Shown here in pieces: positions 9,496-18,795 of a stretch of DNA of 64,000 bases (its first letter is position 1; each line of letters opens with the position of its first letter). The notes under the pieces are model-generated. The model did no database searches and had not been told where the DNA came from. It saw nothing but the letters and a program-made list of their open reading frames with translations. Source of the stretch: Oceanispirochaeta sp. (GTDB lineage: Bacteria; Spirochaetota; Spirochaetia; DSM-2461); NCBI GenBank assembly GCA_963663385.2, contig CAXXXD010000001.1, positions 128,001 to 192,000 of the forward strand, written 5' to 3'. The translations under genes and the position numbers were made by a program.

Positions 9496-10668
9496 ATGAC
9501 AGAAAATCGGGCGCATATTGCAGCCTATACAGTTACCTATCTGTTCCTCTTCTCCACACTGGCGGTTGTCTCCCCATTTTACCCGCTGATTCTGCAGCAC
9601 AAGGGCCTGACCCCTTCCCGGATCGGATACGTGATGGGAAGTTACGAGATGTTCAGCATTGCAGGGTTAATGATTTTAGGGCGGTTATTCGACAGATGGC
9701 AGTCCCCCCGGCGAACCATTACCTTAATAGGCCTGGCCTGTATTACGTTCATCTTTCTGGTTACCCGCACGGGCTCCATCCCTCTTGTAATAATTCTGAC
9801 CCTGGGACTTGGATTCCATGTCAAATCACCCACAGCCCTTATGGATGCGCTGTACGGCCAGACCATGAACGATCCGACCAGATCCTACGGCTGGGTGCGC
9901 AGCTTCGGCAGCCTGGGCTTTATTATCACAGCCCTGACCATCCATTTCACAGGAGCGGTACGGGGCAGCCGGCCGGAATCGGTTTTTCTGGTTTACACTC
10001 TGCTGATAGGGATTGCTTTGATAAGCATGAAATGGCTTCCTGTAAACCAGCTTCATAAAACAAGAGAGGACAAACACCTTTCCTTTCTGGATACCATAGG
10101 GACCTTTCCCTCCATTTTCTGGATCGGCTTAAGCATAGCATTTATGAATTCCGTCGGTCAGTCGGGGCATTACACGTTTTTCTCCCTTCTTTTAAAGAAT
10201 AAATTCAATACACCCGGGGTTGGGGTCTACTGGGCTCTGGGCGCCGTTCTGGAAATTCCCCTCTTCCTGTATTCGGGATACCTGCTTAAAAAGCTGTCTT
10301 TAAAGAGGTTATGGCTGATCGGGCTGAGCGCCGGGATTATCAGAATGCAGGTGTACGCCCTGTCGGAGTCGCTGCTTCCCCTGTTTCTGATCCAGATGCT
10401 GCACAGTTTCTGTTTCGGTATCAACCATCTCTGTATGATGACTCTGATTACACAGACCACCTCCCCTTCCAGCAGAGGACTGGCCATGTCGATTTATACG
10501 GCGATCGGTATGGGATTTGCCCTGTTTACCGGAGGAGTTCTGGGTGGATTTATTCTGAACCACAGCGACTTCCGGCACCTTTTCCAGATCATCTCTCTCT
10601 TCCCTTTTATGGGGGTCTGTATCACTTTGTTTTTCCTGAAGGGGCACCGGGAGATTACTTCGGGGTAG
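9496..10668 (+). CDS. MFS transporter (MFS_1-like; nucleoside/oligosaccharide symporter-like)
   Basis: About 12 hydrophobic segments; YGWVRSFGSLGF, LEIPLF and QMLHSFCFG. Confidence 0.85.
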   Translation: MTENRAHIAAYTVTYLFLFSTLAVVSPFYPLILQHKGLTPSRIGYVMGSYEMFSIAGLMILGRLFDRWQSPRRTITLIGLACITFIFLVTRTGSIPLVIILTLGLGFHVKSPTALMDALYGQTMNDPTRSYGWVRSFGSLGFIITALTIHFTGAVRGSRPESVFLVYTLLIGIALISMKWLPVNQLHKTREDKHLSFLDTIGTFPSIFWIGLSIAFMNSVGQSGHYTFFSLLLKNKFNTPGVGVYWALGAVLEIPLFLYSGYLLKKLSLKRLWLIGLSAGIIRMQVYALSESLLPLFLIQMLHSFCFGINHLCMMTLITQTTSPSSRGLAMSIYTAIGMGFALFTGGVLGGFILNHSDFRHLFQIISLFPFMGVCITLFFLKGHREITSG

Positions 10669-10719
10669 AATGGGTGTAGCTATCTCAACAAGAAATCAAC
10701 TCCGAACAGGCAAATCCCC

Positions 10720-11625
10720 TTACTCAGTCTTACGACGCCCATATCCGCCGGCATTCCCGCTATACCTTTTTTTAAATTCACTGGGAGAGGTATTCAGATA
10801 TCTGCGGAACAATTTATTGAACTGGGAAAGATTCTCAATACCCACCAGACTTGCCGATTCGGTTACCCTGAGGTTCATCTTCAGATAGGTTCCGGCCAGG
10901 TGCATTTTCCGTTCGTTAACGTAGTCGTTTACCGACCGGTTCATGTTTTTATTGAAAAGACGGTACAGGTTGCGTTTCGATGTATTAATACTCTCTGAGA
11001 TCGAATCTGCGGAAATTTTACCTGCCAGATTCTTATCAATATAATCCAGGGCTTTTTCAAAAAGGTCCCCTGCCAGATATTCATGTTTATTACTAGTCTG
11101 TCCGCAAAATATTTCCAGACAGTGAAAAAGGAAATTTTCCACCGCTTTGATATACCAGAAACTGCTGCAATCCCCTTTATTCCCTGCGTATTCTTCAAAA
11201 AAAAGAAAATAGCCGAACAGCTGCCTCTGATCCGCCACCGTGTTTTTATGCTGCTCCAGAAACTGATCAAGGAGCCTCTCTTCATAGCTTACGGAAGTTC
11301 CATTCTTTTTCACACTGATTTCGAACAGGATATAAAAAAGAGTCATGGTATCATTCCTGCCGATATGGATTTCATGATCCTTTCCGGGTTCGGACAGAAA
11401 AAGATCTCCCCCTTTTAGCCGATGCTCCTCATCTTCGTACAGAAAAACACCTTTTCCGTCCAGAACAATGACCAGCTCAAAACAGTCATGATGGTGCATC
11501 TGATTGGAAATCTTCGAATAATCAAACTCATAATATTCGCCGACCCTCACAGAGACAGCGTATTTATTGAGATTTTTCTCCAGCCGGAGATTCGCAATGG
11601 GGCAGGTATCTGTACTGATATCCAT
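10720..11625 (-). CDS. AraC-family regulator with N-terminal cupin domain
   Basis: MHHHDCFELVIVLDGKG cupin; C-terminal GIENLSQFNKLFRRYLNTSPSEFKK. Confidence 0.9.
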   Translation of the reverse strand: MDISTDTCPIANLRLEKNLNKYAVSVRVGEYYEFDYSKISNQMHHHDCFELVIVLDGKGVFLYEDEEHRLKGGDLFLSEPGKDHEIHIGRNDTMTLFYILFEISVKKNGTSVSYEERLLDQFLEQHKNTVADQRQLFGYFLFFEEYAGNKGDCSSFWYIKAVENFLFHCLEIFCGQTSNKHEYLAGDLFEKALDYIDKNLAGKISADSISESINTSKRNLYRLFNKNMNRSVNDYVNERKMHLAGTYLKMNLRVTESASLVGIENLSQFNKLFRRYLNTSPSEFKKRYSGNAGGYGRRKTE

Positions 11626-11750
11626 CCTTCCAATTTATACCCATTTCCAACAATCTGTTCAATATTTATCAACTCTAACTCAATATTTGCAAACAACAAG
11701 GATCCGTTCCCCATCACAATTATAGCAGGTATGACAGAAGGAGAACGAAC

Positions 11751-12809
11751 ATGAATTCAAAAGAACGAGTCTTGAAAGTATTTAACCATGAAATTCCGGA
11801 TAGAGTCCCCGTCTGGTGCGGCATGTCTCCCGAATTTCTGAACAAAGCGAAAAAACACCTCCGTGTTACCGATGACGAAGATGTCTATATCAGATTCCGG
11901 GATGATTTCAGGCGGGTGTACCCGGTGTATATCGGTCCGGCTGAGAGATCCTGGACAGAAGGATTGAGCGCCGGTGCAACCATGAGAACGCCCTTTAATA
12001 TCGAACGGCACGGGTATGGTTACGGACAGCCCCTGTCCCATCCCCTGAAAGACGCAACCATGGAGGACATTGAGAATTACCCATGGCCGGATCCGGAGTG
12101 GTATTCTGCAAAGAACATCGGAAAAGAGGCGGAAAAATGGAACGGGGAATACGCCGTGCTGGGAGGGGACTGGAGCCCCTTCTGGCATGATGCGATGGAT
12201 CTGTTCGGCATGGAAGAGATGTTTGTAAAAATGTATACGGAACCGGAACTGGTCACGGCCGTATTTGACCATATAGTTGATTATTACCGGGGAGTGAATA
12301 AGATAATTTTCGAGGAAGCTTCCGAATATATTGATATACATTTTATGGGAAATGATCTTGGAAGCCAGAACGGCCCCCTGGTCGGGCTCGACCTCTTCTC
12401 CCGCTACATTGCCCCCAGCTTGAAAAGGCTGTCCGATTTGTCCCACAGTTACGGATTGAAAGTGATGATGCACTGCTGCGGCGGCTACGAACCCTTTATC
12501 CCGTCCATGATCGAACACGGACTGGATGCCCTGCAGGCTCTGCAGCCCGATGCGTCAGGGATGGATCCCGAAAATCTCAAGAAGAAGTACGGAAACAGGG
12601 TAATTCTGAACGGCGGCATTGATTCCCATTATGCCTTGATTGAGGGATCGACGGAATCTGTCTGCCGGGCGACAAAAAAGGCTTTGGAGATTTTCAAACC
12701 CGGGGGAAATTACATTTTATCCCCGAGTCATGACTATCTGCTGGAAGAAACGCCCATTGAAAACGTCCTGACCATGTACGATACCGCTTTTGAATTCGGG
12801 GAATACTGA
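11751..12809 (+). CDS. Uroporphyrinogen decarboxylase / MtaA-CmuA methyltransferase superfamily protein
   Basis: MNSKERV..PDRVPV, GNDLGSQ, MHCCG, GGID and YILSPSH..ETPIENV. Confidence 0.85.
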   Translation: MNSKERVLKVFNHEIPDRVPVWCGMSPEFLNKAKKHLRVTDDEDVYIRFRDDFRRVYPVYIGPAERSWTEGLSAGATMRTPFNIERHGYGYGQPLSHPLKDATMEDIENYPWPDPEWYSAKNIGKEAEKWNGEYAVLGGDWSPFWHDAMDLFGMEEMFVKMYTEPELVTAVFDHIVDYYRGVNKIIFEEASEYIDIHFMGNDLGSQNGPLVGLDLFSRYIAPSLKRLSDLSHSYGLKVMMHCCGGYEPFIPSMIEHGLDALQALQPDASGMDPENLKKKYGNRVILNGGIDSHYALIEGSTESVCRATKKALEIFKPGGNYILSPSHDYLLEETPIENVLTMYDTAFEFGEY

Positions 12810-12818
12810 TAATGGAAT

Positions 12819-12914
12819 AAATCCCTACTTAATCGACCCCGCAACCATCCCCTTGATAATATGCTTCTGCGCCGAAAGAAAGAAGATAATAATCGGGATC
12901 ATGGCCATCAGAAT
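12819..12914. repeat. Direct repeat copy 1 (96 bp): duplicate of the 3' end of the permease gene at 20930-21787
   Basis: Identical to 20924-21019 except G12885 versus A20990. Encodes ILMAMIPIIIFFLSAQKHIIKGMVAGSIK* on the minus strand. Confidence 0.95.
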
Positions 12915-13019
12915 AATAGTACGATCTCAAAAAATCTTTTTTTCCAACTGTAACTATAAATTTTGCAGCCTCTACCAGCTCATGAAACATGCTTTTTATA
13001 AATCCGTGTATAATAACAT

Positions 13020-14825
13020 ATGGTCCATCATAAAATGAGATTTCGTTTTTCTATCAAGAAGAAGCTGATTACCATCTACCTGCTAATCTCGATTCTACCT
13101 ATCGCCTTGATTATTTTTATTGAAACCAAGCTGTTTGTTTCTTCCATGGAAAGGAATATCGCCGATACGATTCGGCTGTCCCTGAATCAAAACAAGAAGA
13201 AGCTTGACGGGCAAATCGACAATATTAATAAGCTTATCTTCACCATGGCGACCGATAAGGAGATTCTGGAAATATCCAGAGAGTATAAGCATGATGGCTA
13301 TTCGGCCCTTCTGGGTAACAAAATGGTCAATATCTTTGTTGAATACGGCCATATCAATAAAAATATGATCAGGGCTATCTCTCTGCTGAATCCTTCGGAT
13401 GAAATAAAAGGGTATGATTTTTATTCGGACAGCTCCCTTTTTGACAGTTCTCTTCTCACAGATGAAACCTTGAGAGGGAAATTCAAGAGGCTGGAGGAGT
13501 GCAAATCAATATGTAATCACCCGGTCAGCTTTTTTATCAATTCCCGTCCAACCAATGTTAAATCCCAGGTCTGCGAGCTGGCCTTTCCTGTTCGAAACTT
13601 GCTTACGAAGGAAGTTCTTTCCATATTGTCCTTATACATTAAAATAGATTTCCTGTTCGATATAATCGCTCTGCCGGATAATACAGGCAATAGAATTAAA
13701 ATCAATGAATTTATTATTGACGGAAAAGGGAACCTGATTGCCGGACCGAATGGAGCCAGTGGGAAACTTGATGAATATTATACCTCTATTCGATTTACCA
13801 AGCTTGTGGAAAAAGGTTTGCATGATACAAATCATTATCTGTCAAGTGCGTTGCCTCTGGAATATTATGATTGGTACATTGTCTATATCGTGGACAGAAA
13901 CAGCTACCTCGCGGAAACTAAAGTGCATGTCTTCTGGAGCTTAGTCCTCTTTTTTATTATATCCGGAATTACTCTGCTGGTTATCTTTTCCTTTTCCAAC
14001 TCAATTGTCGGTTCTCTGAATAAAATTATCAAAGGCATGAAAACAGTCCGTGACGGACGCATCTCCACACTGGTCAATCTTCAATCCCGGGATGAGCTGG
14101 CTCTTGTAGAGGTTGCTTTTAATGAAATGACCAGTAATGTGAGTCAATTGATAAGCCAGATTCAACAACAGGGCGCGGATCTGTATGCCCTGTCCGAAAA
14201 GCAGAGGAAATTTGAATTGAGAGCTTTGGAGGCCCAAATTAATCCACACTTTATTTATAATACTCTTGACTGCATCAATTGGATGGCAATAGAGAATGAT
14301 GAGGATGAGATCAGTTTTATGTTGAAGACTCTGGCTGATATCATGCGGTACAGTACCAGTTCTATCGAAACGACCGTAAAGCTCCAAACGGAGATAGACT
14401 ATCTCCATCAATATCTGGCCCTGCAGAGAGTCCGGTTCAATAATAAATTTGATTATGTGATAAATATCGAGGATCAGTTAAAGGACTTTGATATTTATAA
14501 GCTGCTTCTGCAGCCATTTGTAGAAAACTCTGTTTTGCATGGTCTGAACGGACTGGATCGGACTGGCAAGATAGAGATAGGGATTGAGTTCTCCGAAGGG
14601 GATAGAGTGTATTTTTTTATCCGTGACAACGGAATCGGTATGGATTATTCTATACTTCAACCTATTCTGGATCACCTGGATGATGACAACTCGGAATCGG
14701 GAATCGGTGTCAGGAACGCCTATAATCGGTTAAGAATATATTTCGGAAACCGGTTTCATGATTTTCAGATTCAGTCTGAACCGGGTATCGGGACTTCCGT
14801 CTCATTTTGTATAAGTAAGGAATAG
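13020..14825 (+). CDS. YesM/LytS-type membrane sensor histidine kinase (HAMP + His_kinase)
   Basis: Two TM segments, HAMP, ALEAQINPHFIYNTL, LLQPFVENSVLHG, DNGIG and SGIGVRN. Confidence 0.92.
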   Translation: MVHHKMRFRFSIKKKLITIYLLISILPIALIIFIETKLFVSSMERNIADTIRLSLNQNKKKLDGQIDNINKLIFTMATDKEILEISREYKHDGYSALLGNKMVNIFVEYGHINKNMIRAISLLNPSDEIKGYDFYSDSSLFDSSLLTDETLRGKFKRLEECKSICNHPVSFFINSRPTNVKSQVCELAFPVRNLLTKEVLSILSLYIKIDFLFDIIALPDNTGNRIKINEFIIDGKGNLIAGPNGASGKLDEYYTSIRFTKLVEKGLHDTNHYLSSALPLEYYDWYIVYIVDRNSYLAETKVHVFWSLVLFFIISGITLLVIFSFSNSIVGSLNKIIKGMKTVRDGRISTLVNLQSRDELALVEVAFNEMTSNVSQLISQIQQQGADLYALSEKQRKFELRALEAQINPHFIYNTLDCINWMAIENDEDEISFMLKTLADIMRYSTSSIETTVKLQTEIDYLHQYLALQRVRFNNKFDYVINIEDQLKDFDIYKLLLQPFVENSVLHGLNGLDRTGKIEIGIEFSEGDRVYFFIRDNGIGMDYSILQPILDHLDDDNSESGIGVRNAYNRLRIYFGNRFHDFQIQSEPGIGTSVSFCISKE

Positions 14826-14828
14826 ACA

Positions 14829-15593
14829 GTGCGCATACTTATTGTTGAGGATGAAGACAGAACCCGTCTCGGATTGAAAAAACTGATTGGAAGCATCGAT
14901 GATTCCTTTCAGGTGATCGGAGCAGCCGGGGACGGTCGGGAAGGTAAGAAGCTGATTGAAGAGCTGAAACCCGATGTGGTTATTACAGATATTAAAATGC
15001 CCTATATGAATGGCATTGAAATGATAGAACATTTCAAAGAGGTCGGGTTTCCCTGCCTTTTCGTTCTTTTGACAGGGCATGCTGACTTTGAATATGCTCA
15101 AAGGGCCATTAAGCTCCATGTAGCGGACTACCTGCTCAAACCCCTGACGAAAAAGGATGTGAAGGATCTGTTGAATCGACTGAAGTTGCAGCTGCAACTG
15201 ACTCCTCAGAAGGATATTCCCCATAAGACTGATCATGCGGAAATTGATGAACATGAAGCATATGAAAGCGAATCCGCAGTCGTCCATTATGTTATAGATA
15301 AAATCAGGAATCAGTATCAGGATTACATCTGTCTGGAATCGTTGGCCTCGGATCTTCGTCTCACTCCGGAATATCTCAGCACGCTTCTCCACAAAGAGTT
15401 GGGACAGACATTCAGTTCCTATTTAAAACAGGTCAGGATAGAAAAAGCCAAAGAGCTGCTAAAGCACGGTTCCCTTCTGGTATCGGAAGTGGCGGAAGCT
15501 GTCGGTTATTCAAACAGTCGGTATTTTTGCCGTGTTTTCAAGAAGGAAACGGGGATGACCGCTTCGGAATTCCTGCATTCGCAGCAATCATAG
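14829..15593 (+). CDS. YesN-type response regulator (REC + AraC HTH)
   Basis: ILIVEDE, ITDIKMP, YLLKP and VGYSNSRYFCRVFKKETG. Confidence 0.93.
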   Translation: MRILIVEDEDRTRLGLKKLIGSIDDSFQVIGAAGDGREGKKLIEELKPDVVITDIKMPYMNGIEMIEHFKEVGFPCLFVLLTGHADFEYAQRAIKLHVADYLLKPLTKKDVKDLLNRLKLQLQLTPQKDIPHKTDHAEIDEHEAYESESAVVHYVIDKIRNQYQDYICLESLASDLRLTPEYLSTLLHKELGQTFSSYLKQVRIEKAKELLKHGSLLVSEVAEAVGYSNSRYFCRVFKKETGMTASEFLHSQQS

Positions 15594-15691
15594 AATTGTG
15601 TACATATCTTAAAAAGATGGAATATCCTGTTATGTAAAGCAATAGTAAGATAATTTCATATTCACGATTCAGTGACAAATGGAGGAACAAA

Positions 15692-16939
15692 ATGATTAGA
15701 AAAAAAGGAATTATCCTGCTTGCATTCGTGACATTTTTTACAGGATTCGGATTTGCAGCGGGAAATCAGGAAAACACGGAAGCCGGTACCGCTGCAGGAC
15801 CGGTGGAAATCTCTCTATGGCACTATTTTACAGGTCCCGATGGTACTGTCTTTGAAAAAGTTATGGATCAATACAACAGTTCTCAGGATTCAATCAAAAT
15901 TAACTATGAGATGATTCCCCGGGATGAACTGTTAAAGCAGTATACAATCGGAGTTGTGGGAGGAAATCTTCCGGATATCGGAATGGTTGACAATCCAGAT
16001 CAGGCTTCTTTTATTGAAATGGGCTTGTATAAAGATATAACGGACCTTGTTAATGAATGGGGTGAGAAAGATCAGTATTTTGACGGTCCCATGCTTTCTG
16101 CAATGCAAAACGACAAAGTATACGGTCTTCCCCATAACAGCAATTGCCTTTCTTTCTGGTATGATGTGGATATTCTTGAGGCAGCAGGTGTTCAGCCCCC
16201 TACGACATGGGACGAATTGGAAAAAGTCTGTGCCGCTGTCGCAACCGATGATATGTATGCTCTGGCGATCAGCGCCGTAAAAAACGAAGAAGGAACGTTT
16301 CAGTATCTTCCCTGGCTTCTTTCTGCAGGAGCCGACATCGAATATCTGGACAGCCCCGAATCAATTACGGCCCTAAGCTACCTGACCGGTCTGATTGAAA
16401 AAGGATATATGAGTCCCGAGGTCATCAACTGGACCCAGGCGGATGCGGAGAAGCAGTTTGCCACAGGCAAAGCCGCCATGATGGTAAACGGCCCCTGGAA
16501 TATCACCGCAGTGAAAACCGATGCCCCCGACAAGAACTGGTCCTGCGTGAAAATCCCCATGAAGGTGCAATACTCTTCCGTTCTGGGAGGAGAAAACTTC
16601 GGCATCATTTCAACGATCGACGATGCAAAACTGGATGCGGCCTGGGACGTATTAAAATACATCTGCGACGATACTTCCGAAGAGTTTAATGTCGCCGGCG
16701 GTAAGTTTTCTCCCCGTTCCGATGTTATGTCCGCAAGCGATCACTGGAAGTCTGATCCCATTCTTGCCGTTTTTGCCGAACAGATGCAATATGCCATGCC
16801 TCGGGGACCCCATCCCAAATGGCCCGAAATCTCCAATGCGATCAGCTTGTCCATGCACGAGGCCTTTACCGGAATGAAATCCCCGGAACAGGCTTGCCGG
16901 GATGCTGCCGAGACAGTAAGAAAAGCCCTCGGGAAATAA
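15692..16939 (+). CDS. CUT1 sugar ABC substrate-binding protein
   Basis: Signal peptide; YGLPHN, PTTWDEL and GKAAMMVNGPW. Confidence 0.92.
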   Translation: MIRKKGIILLAFVTFFTGFGFAAGNQENTEAGTAAGPVEISLWHYFTGPDGTVFEKVMDQYNSSQDSIKINYEMIPRDELLKQYTIGVVGGNLPDIGMVDNPDQASFIEMGLYKDITDLVNEWGEKDQYFDGPMLSAMQNDKVYGLPHNSNCLSFWYDVDILEAAGVQPPTTWDELEKVCAAVATDDMYALAISAVKNEEGTFQYLPWLLSAGADIEYLDSPESITALSYLTGLIEKGYMSPEVINWTQADAEKQFATGKAAMMVNGPWNITAVKTDAPDKNWSCVKIPMKVQYSSVLGGENFGIISTIDDAKLDAAWDVLKYICDDTSEEFNVAGGKFSPRSDVMSASDHWKSDPILAVFAEQMQYAMPRGPHPKWPEISNAISLSMHEAFTGMKSPEQACRDAAETVRKALGK

Positions 16940-16958
16940 AAAGATAATTTGACAATCC

Positions 16959-16983
16959 CTCTCCTTCTGTATCAGAGGGAGAG
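16959..16983 (+). terminator. Stem-loop downstream of the SBP gene
   Basis: CTCTCCTTCTG-tat-CAGAGGGAGAG near-perfect inverted repeat. Confidence 0.5.
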
Positions 16984-17039
16984 TCAGATTCCCATACTTT
17001 TTTTGGATCTAAAGATCCGTACAATCAAAATGAAACACT

Positions 17040-17933
17040 ATGAATAAAATAAAAATTGGCAATAAATACCACGGATATATATTTGTCCTGCCGGCGGCTC
17101 TCTATATGCTGATACTGATCGGGTATCCCATAATCTATAACATACTCCTCAGTTTTCAGGATGTCGATGTGATGACAATTAAAAACAAGACCAGGGAATG
17201 GGCCGGCCTGCTGAATTATAAGGATCTGATAGACAAGGGCATTATTGGCGTTACCATTTCCAATACATTCCGATACACTATCTGGTGTCTGGTTTTTCAG
17301 TTCTCTTTAGGATTCGCTCTGGCCCTGTTTTTTAATTTAAAGTTTAAAATTTCCGGGCCGGTGAAAGGACTTCTGCTGGTCAACTGGATGATGCCACTGA
17401 TCGTGACGGCTATGGTCTTCAAATTCATGCTAAGCCAGGGTAGCGGTGTTCTGAACGATATCCTCCTGTTTTTCGGGTTTATCCATGAACCCATGGGTTG
17501 GCTGGTTGATCAGAAGCTGGCTATGCACGGTCTTATCCTAGCTAACACATGGGTCGGGATTCCCTTTAATATGATTTTGTTAACCACAGGATTAAGCTCC
17601 ATCCCCGAAGAGATTTACGAGAGTGCATCAATTGACGGGGCGGGGTGGCTGAAAAAGTTCTTTCATATCACTCTGCCTCTGCTAAGACCGGCCATTATGT
17701 CGGTTCTCATACTGGGCTTCATCTACACGTTTAAAGTATTCGACCTGGTGTTTGTCATGACAAACGGCGGTCCGGTAAACGCAACGGAAGTACTGTCGAC
17801 ATACGCCTATAAATTATCTTTTAAGGAGTATAACTTCAGCGAAGGGGCTGCTACCGCCAATATACTGTTCCTGTTTCTTGCCGTAGTCGGTTCGTTTTAT
17901 ATGGGAATGATTAAACAGGATGAGGAACTCTGA
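17040..17933 (+). CDS. Carbohydrate ABC permease (MalF/UgpA-like)
   Basis: EAA loop IYESASIDGAG and MTNGGP. Confidence 0.93.
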   Translation: MNKIKIGNKYHGYIFVLPAALYMLILIGYPIIYNILLSFQDVDVMTIKNKTREWAGLLNYKDLIDKGIIGVTISNTFRYTIWCLVFQFSLGFALALFFNLKFKISGPVKGLLLVNWMMPLIVTAMVFKFMLSQGSGVLNDILLFFGFIHEPMGWLVDQKLAMHGLILANTWVGIPFNMILLTTGLSSIPEEIYESASIDGAGWLKKFFHITLPLLRPAIMSVLILGFIYTFKVFDLVFVMTNGGPVNATEVLSTYAYKLSFKEYNFSEGAATANILFLFLAVVGSFYMGMIKQDEEL

Positions 17934-17934
17934 A

Positions 17935-18774
17935 ATGAAGAAAACATACAAAGACTGTCTGCTTTCGACATTAGCCATACTGCTCTGTCTGGTATTTCTG
18001 TTTCCCATTTACTGGATTATTATCAGCTCACTCAAGACCAATGCGGAGATATTTCAAACGCCCCAGACATTCTGGCCCAGGGTTTTGACTTTCAAGAATT
18101 ATATTGACCAATTGCATTTGGGGGACAACTCCATACTATTCCCCCTCAGGAACAGTTTAATTATCAGCCTCGGCGGAATGGTAACTGCTTTGCTGCTTGG
18201 GATTCCCGCGGCATACGGTCTAGTACGCTTTAAAATGAATATCCATTTGAAAAAATCGATAATCTTCACTTTTCTTGTAACTCAGATGCTTCCCGTATCC
18301 CTTGTGTTGACCCCGTTGTTTCTGTTTTATGCAAAGCTGAAACTGTTAAATACCTTATGGGCACCTATGTTGTCCTGCGCAACCTTGGGCATACCCTTTA
18401 TCGTTCTGATTCTGAGACCCTATTTTCTGACCTTTCCCAAAAGTATTGAAGATTCGGCAAGAATCGACGGTTGTTCTCTGCTGGGCGCTTTTGTAAAGAT
18501 CGTTATCCCGGTTACCTCTCCGGGAATTATCACGGCCGCTTCTTTTTCGTTCATTTTTTCCTGGAATGATCTGATTTACTCCATGACTTTTAATTCGGAT
18601 GCTTCCATGAGGCCTCTGACAGCCGGGGTTTATCATTTCATGTCAAAATACGGGACAGAATGGAACAGAATAATGGCATACGGGATGATCCTGGTCTTCC
18701 CTGTACTGATACTGTTCATTCTCTTGCAGCGCTATGTTGTCAGCGGACTAACTGCCGGCGCTGTAAAGAGCTAA
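17935..18774 (+). CDS. Carbohydrate ABC permease (MalG/UgpE-like)
   Basis: SSLKT, IEDSARIDGCS, FSWND and GLTAGAVKS. Start ATG 17935. Confidence 0.93.
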   Translation: MKKTYKDCLLSTLAILLCLVFLFPIYWIIISSLKTNAEIFQTPQTFWPRVLTFKNYIDQLHLGDNSILFPLRNSLIISLGGMVTALLLGIPAAYGLVRFKMNIHLKKSIIFTFLVTQMLPVSLVLTPLFLFYAKLKLLNTLWAPMLSCATLGIPFIVLILRPYFLTFPKSIEDSARIDGCSLLGAFVKIVIPVTSPGIITAASFSFIFSWNDLIYSMTFNSDASMRPLTAGVYHFMSKYGTEWNRIMAYGMILVFPVLILFILLQRYVVSGLTAGAVKS

Positions 18775-18795
18775 TACAACTTAAGGAGACTTTCT

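Noticed and set aside
10713..10729. AAATCCCCTTACTCAGTC, weakly similar to the start of the 96-bp direct repeat
   Set aside because: Too short and gapped to distinguish from chance.
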